A DNA stretch of 64,000 nt, taken from NCBI GenBank assembly GCA_964270895.1, contig OZ185436.1, one strand, 5' to 3'. Positions 61,998-64,000 of this stretch are shown here, in pieces (within the stretch, counting starts at the first letter, position 1; each line of letters begins with the position of its first letter). The notes beneath the pieces are model-generated. The model worked only from the letters and a program-made list of their open reading frames with translations, ran no database searches and was not told the origin of the DNA. This DNA is from Podarcis filfolensis. Its lineage: Eukaryota. A program made the translations under genes and the position numbers.

Positions 61998-64000
61998 CTC
62001 TAAATCAGCCTGGAGTGATTTTGCCTGATTGGAAGCTGTCCTCCACTGTGGTAATACTAGCATGGCCAAAGATACCTGTGCATAAAAACCTCCGGCTTTA
62101 GCGCGGATTCCCATACAAAGGGAAAATTCGCATCCACAGCCCTACCCAGCTTTGCCTCTGGAGATGCCCACATCCGCCTCTGTTCCTGCCTACTACCAGC
62201 ATGCAGCCTGCCCCTGAGGGAATGTGGCATTTGAGCTGAAAGACCTGGTCTAGCTAGGGAGAGAGGGTACAATGGCTTTTGTAAAGTTGTTCCTAGATTA
62301 AGAAACTTTGGAGTGCTCCTCTAGTTTAAATAGCGTCTGACAAGATCCGGCTGTCAACAAACTTTTGCCCGTCTCCTCCAAGTTGCCAGGCACAAACGGG
62401 TTGAAGGCACCACAAGAAGTTCCTGCTCTCAGCTGCTTTTGCAACCACATCCTGTTTTCCTAATGACAGTTGCCTCTCATTGCTGCATCAGATACGGTAA
62501 GACTTCAGTGCTGCCAGGAAAGGGACTCCATTTCTAAGTCTGCCAGGCCCATTACTTTTGCAGAAGTGCAACCAATTCCTCACTTTTAAGAGGCAGACAC
62601 ACACAGGGCCCATCACCCCACTCTTCACTCACAGCTGAGGCATAACAACAGCCCCAGCCATGCTTTGCCTGGAGCCACCTGGCTGTGCAGAGTACAGGCC
62701 TTGTTTCCATGGACACCATCTGGCTTCCGTTTCCCCCTCCCAGCTCCTGCCAAGGCAGAATCCCCTTCTGTTTGACTGTTGGGGATGGAGCTAGCAGCCA
62801 TATGGGAAACGGCTCTCCCCAACGTCTGAAGAGGTGGGGAGAACAACACAACCAGCCCCTTGGGTTCCCCCTCACATACTTCATGACAAACTGCAGCTGT
62901 GCCCTATTTGTAAGCCACTGGGCGATGGCAGAATTCCTCTCCCAGTTTGGCAAGAGCTTGCAGGCTGCCAGCCATTACTCTGCAGTATCTATCCTACTGC
63001 CAGGCTGCATGGTAGAAATTCACGCAGCTGTTGATACTTTGGTCCTACAAAAGAATGCCTAAGAAGAATGGATCTATCTTTTTGTGGGAGTAGAGGTGTA
63101 TGCCTTTTTGCACAGGATACTTCATAAGGCAGAAGAAGAAAAAGGCAACTAGACCCCAAGCTTTCTGCCCTCCACAATTTAGCTGTCTTCCTCACCTGTA
63201 GAGTTCTGCATGGCTTTACAAGCTCACACACCATGCTTTAGTCACTAATCTAGTATGAGATTTCACTTTCCACATTTTGTATTTCAGGAAATTCACTGTG
63301 AAGCAACAGGAATCAATACCCTGTTCTGCACAACCACATATGGTATCTTCTAGACCAGGCAATTTCACCTTGGTTTGTTTTGCTAAAAATAAGCCTCAAA
63401 ATCTTTAACCAAAACCCCAGGTTCTGAGGCAGAATAAACATGATGCCCACCCAGACAATGCTGGACTGCAACTCCCATCATTCCTGACCACTGCCATGTT
63501 GCCTGAGTCTGGTGGAAGTTGCAGGTGGACAGCATCTGGAGCAGTACTAGACAGAAGCTAAACTGGGATCTACTGGTAGGTCTAAGTGACATGCAGCAGA
63601 CTACCAAGGATTTTTGACTCTGTGTTTTTGAACTTCCCACCCCCAAAAAGTTAGGCTGCTAATGAATTAATGCAAAGTATGTTTTCTATACATGTGAACA
63701 AGTCAATGAAAGATTATTCTTCATTTTTTATCCTAAAACTCCAGGGTCAGCTTACAATTGCTGTTTGTTCTGTTTTACAATGCAATTAAAATAACAAACT
63801 TTGCCAATGAAAACAACTTGCATTCCTGTTTGGAGATAGCTGCAATTGTAGCAGGGGGTTGGTAGGAAAAGGTTTTCTATGTTGCTAGGCTTGCCTTTGA
63901 CCACTAGAGAGGTAAGCAGTCCTCATCAAGAAGTGAAACCCATAATGAAATAAAATGCAAATCTGCCACCTAAGCAGTGGTATTCTTGCCTTCATGGAAT

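Noticed and set aside
62552-62953. Minus-strand ORF with a GTGAGT donor near 62630 as a CYTH1 first exon
   Set aside because: Its ATGs reach the donor in phase 0 or 2, while exon 2 needs phase 1; no similarity to known CYTH1 N-termini.

Overview
Eukaryotic (vertebrate) genomic DNA from a squamate reptile. Sauria SINE and Squam3-like SINEs indicate Squamata; a lacertid lizard is an inference. There are two intact protein-coding genes facing tail-to-tail, plus a decayed duplicate. (1) + strand 3503-17640: a 13-exon gene that I spliced by hand into a 490-aa ORF. It encodes a secreted alpha/beta-hydrolase of the PhoPQ-activated pathogenicity-related (PqaA)/Dictyostelium AprA family, with a signal peptide and a putative Ser211-Asp304-His333 triad. 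(2) 18498-22710: a collapsed tandem copy of that gene, retaining upstream flank, exon 3 with a nonsense codon, a frameshifted and strongly diverged last exon, and 3'UTR. (3) - strand 59182-26712: cytohesin-1 (CYTH1), 397/398 aa. It includes the 3-nt 'GAG' microexon (34949-34951) that switches the PH domain between di- and tri-glycine forms, and an internal 22-nt first coding exon (MVLRMEN) with an ETS/AP-1/CCAAT-containing promoter. The rest is intronic or intergenic DNA with hAT and Tc1/pogo MITEs, SINEs, L2/CR1/RTE fragments, a Ty1/copia gag remnant, microsatellites and one 133-N assembly gap. The best candidate for an undescribed system is the tandemly duplicating, apparently fast-evolving secreted AprA/PqaA-like hydrolase locus next to CYTH1. 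All coordinates and counts were made by hand; no database searches were run.
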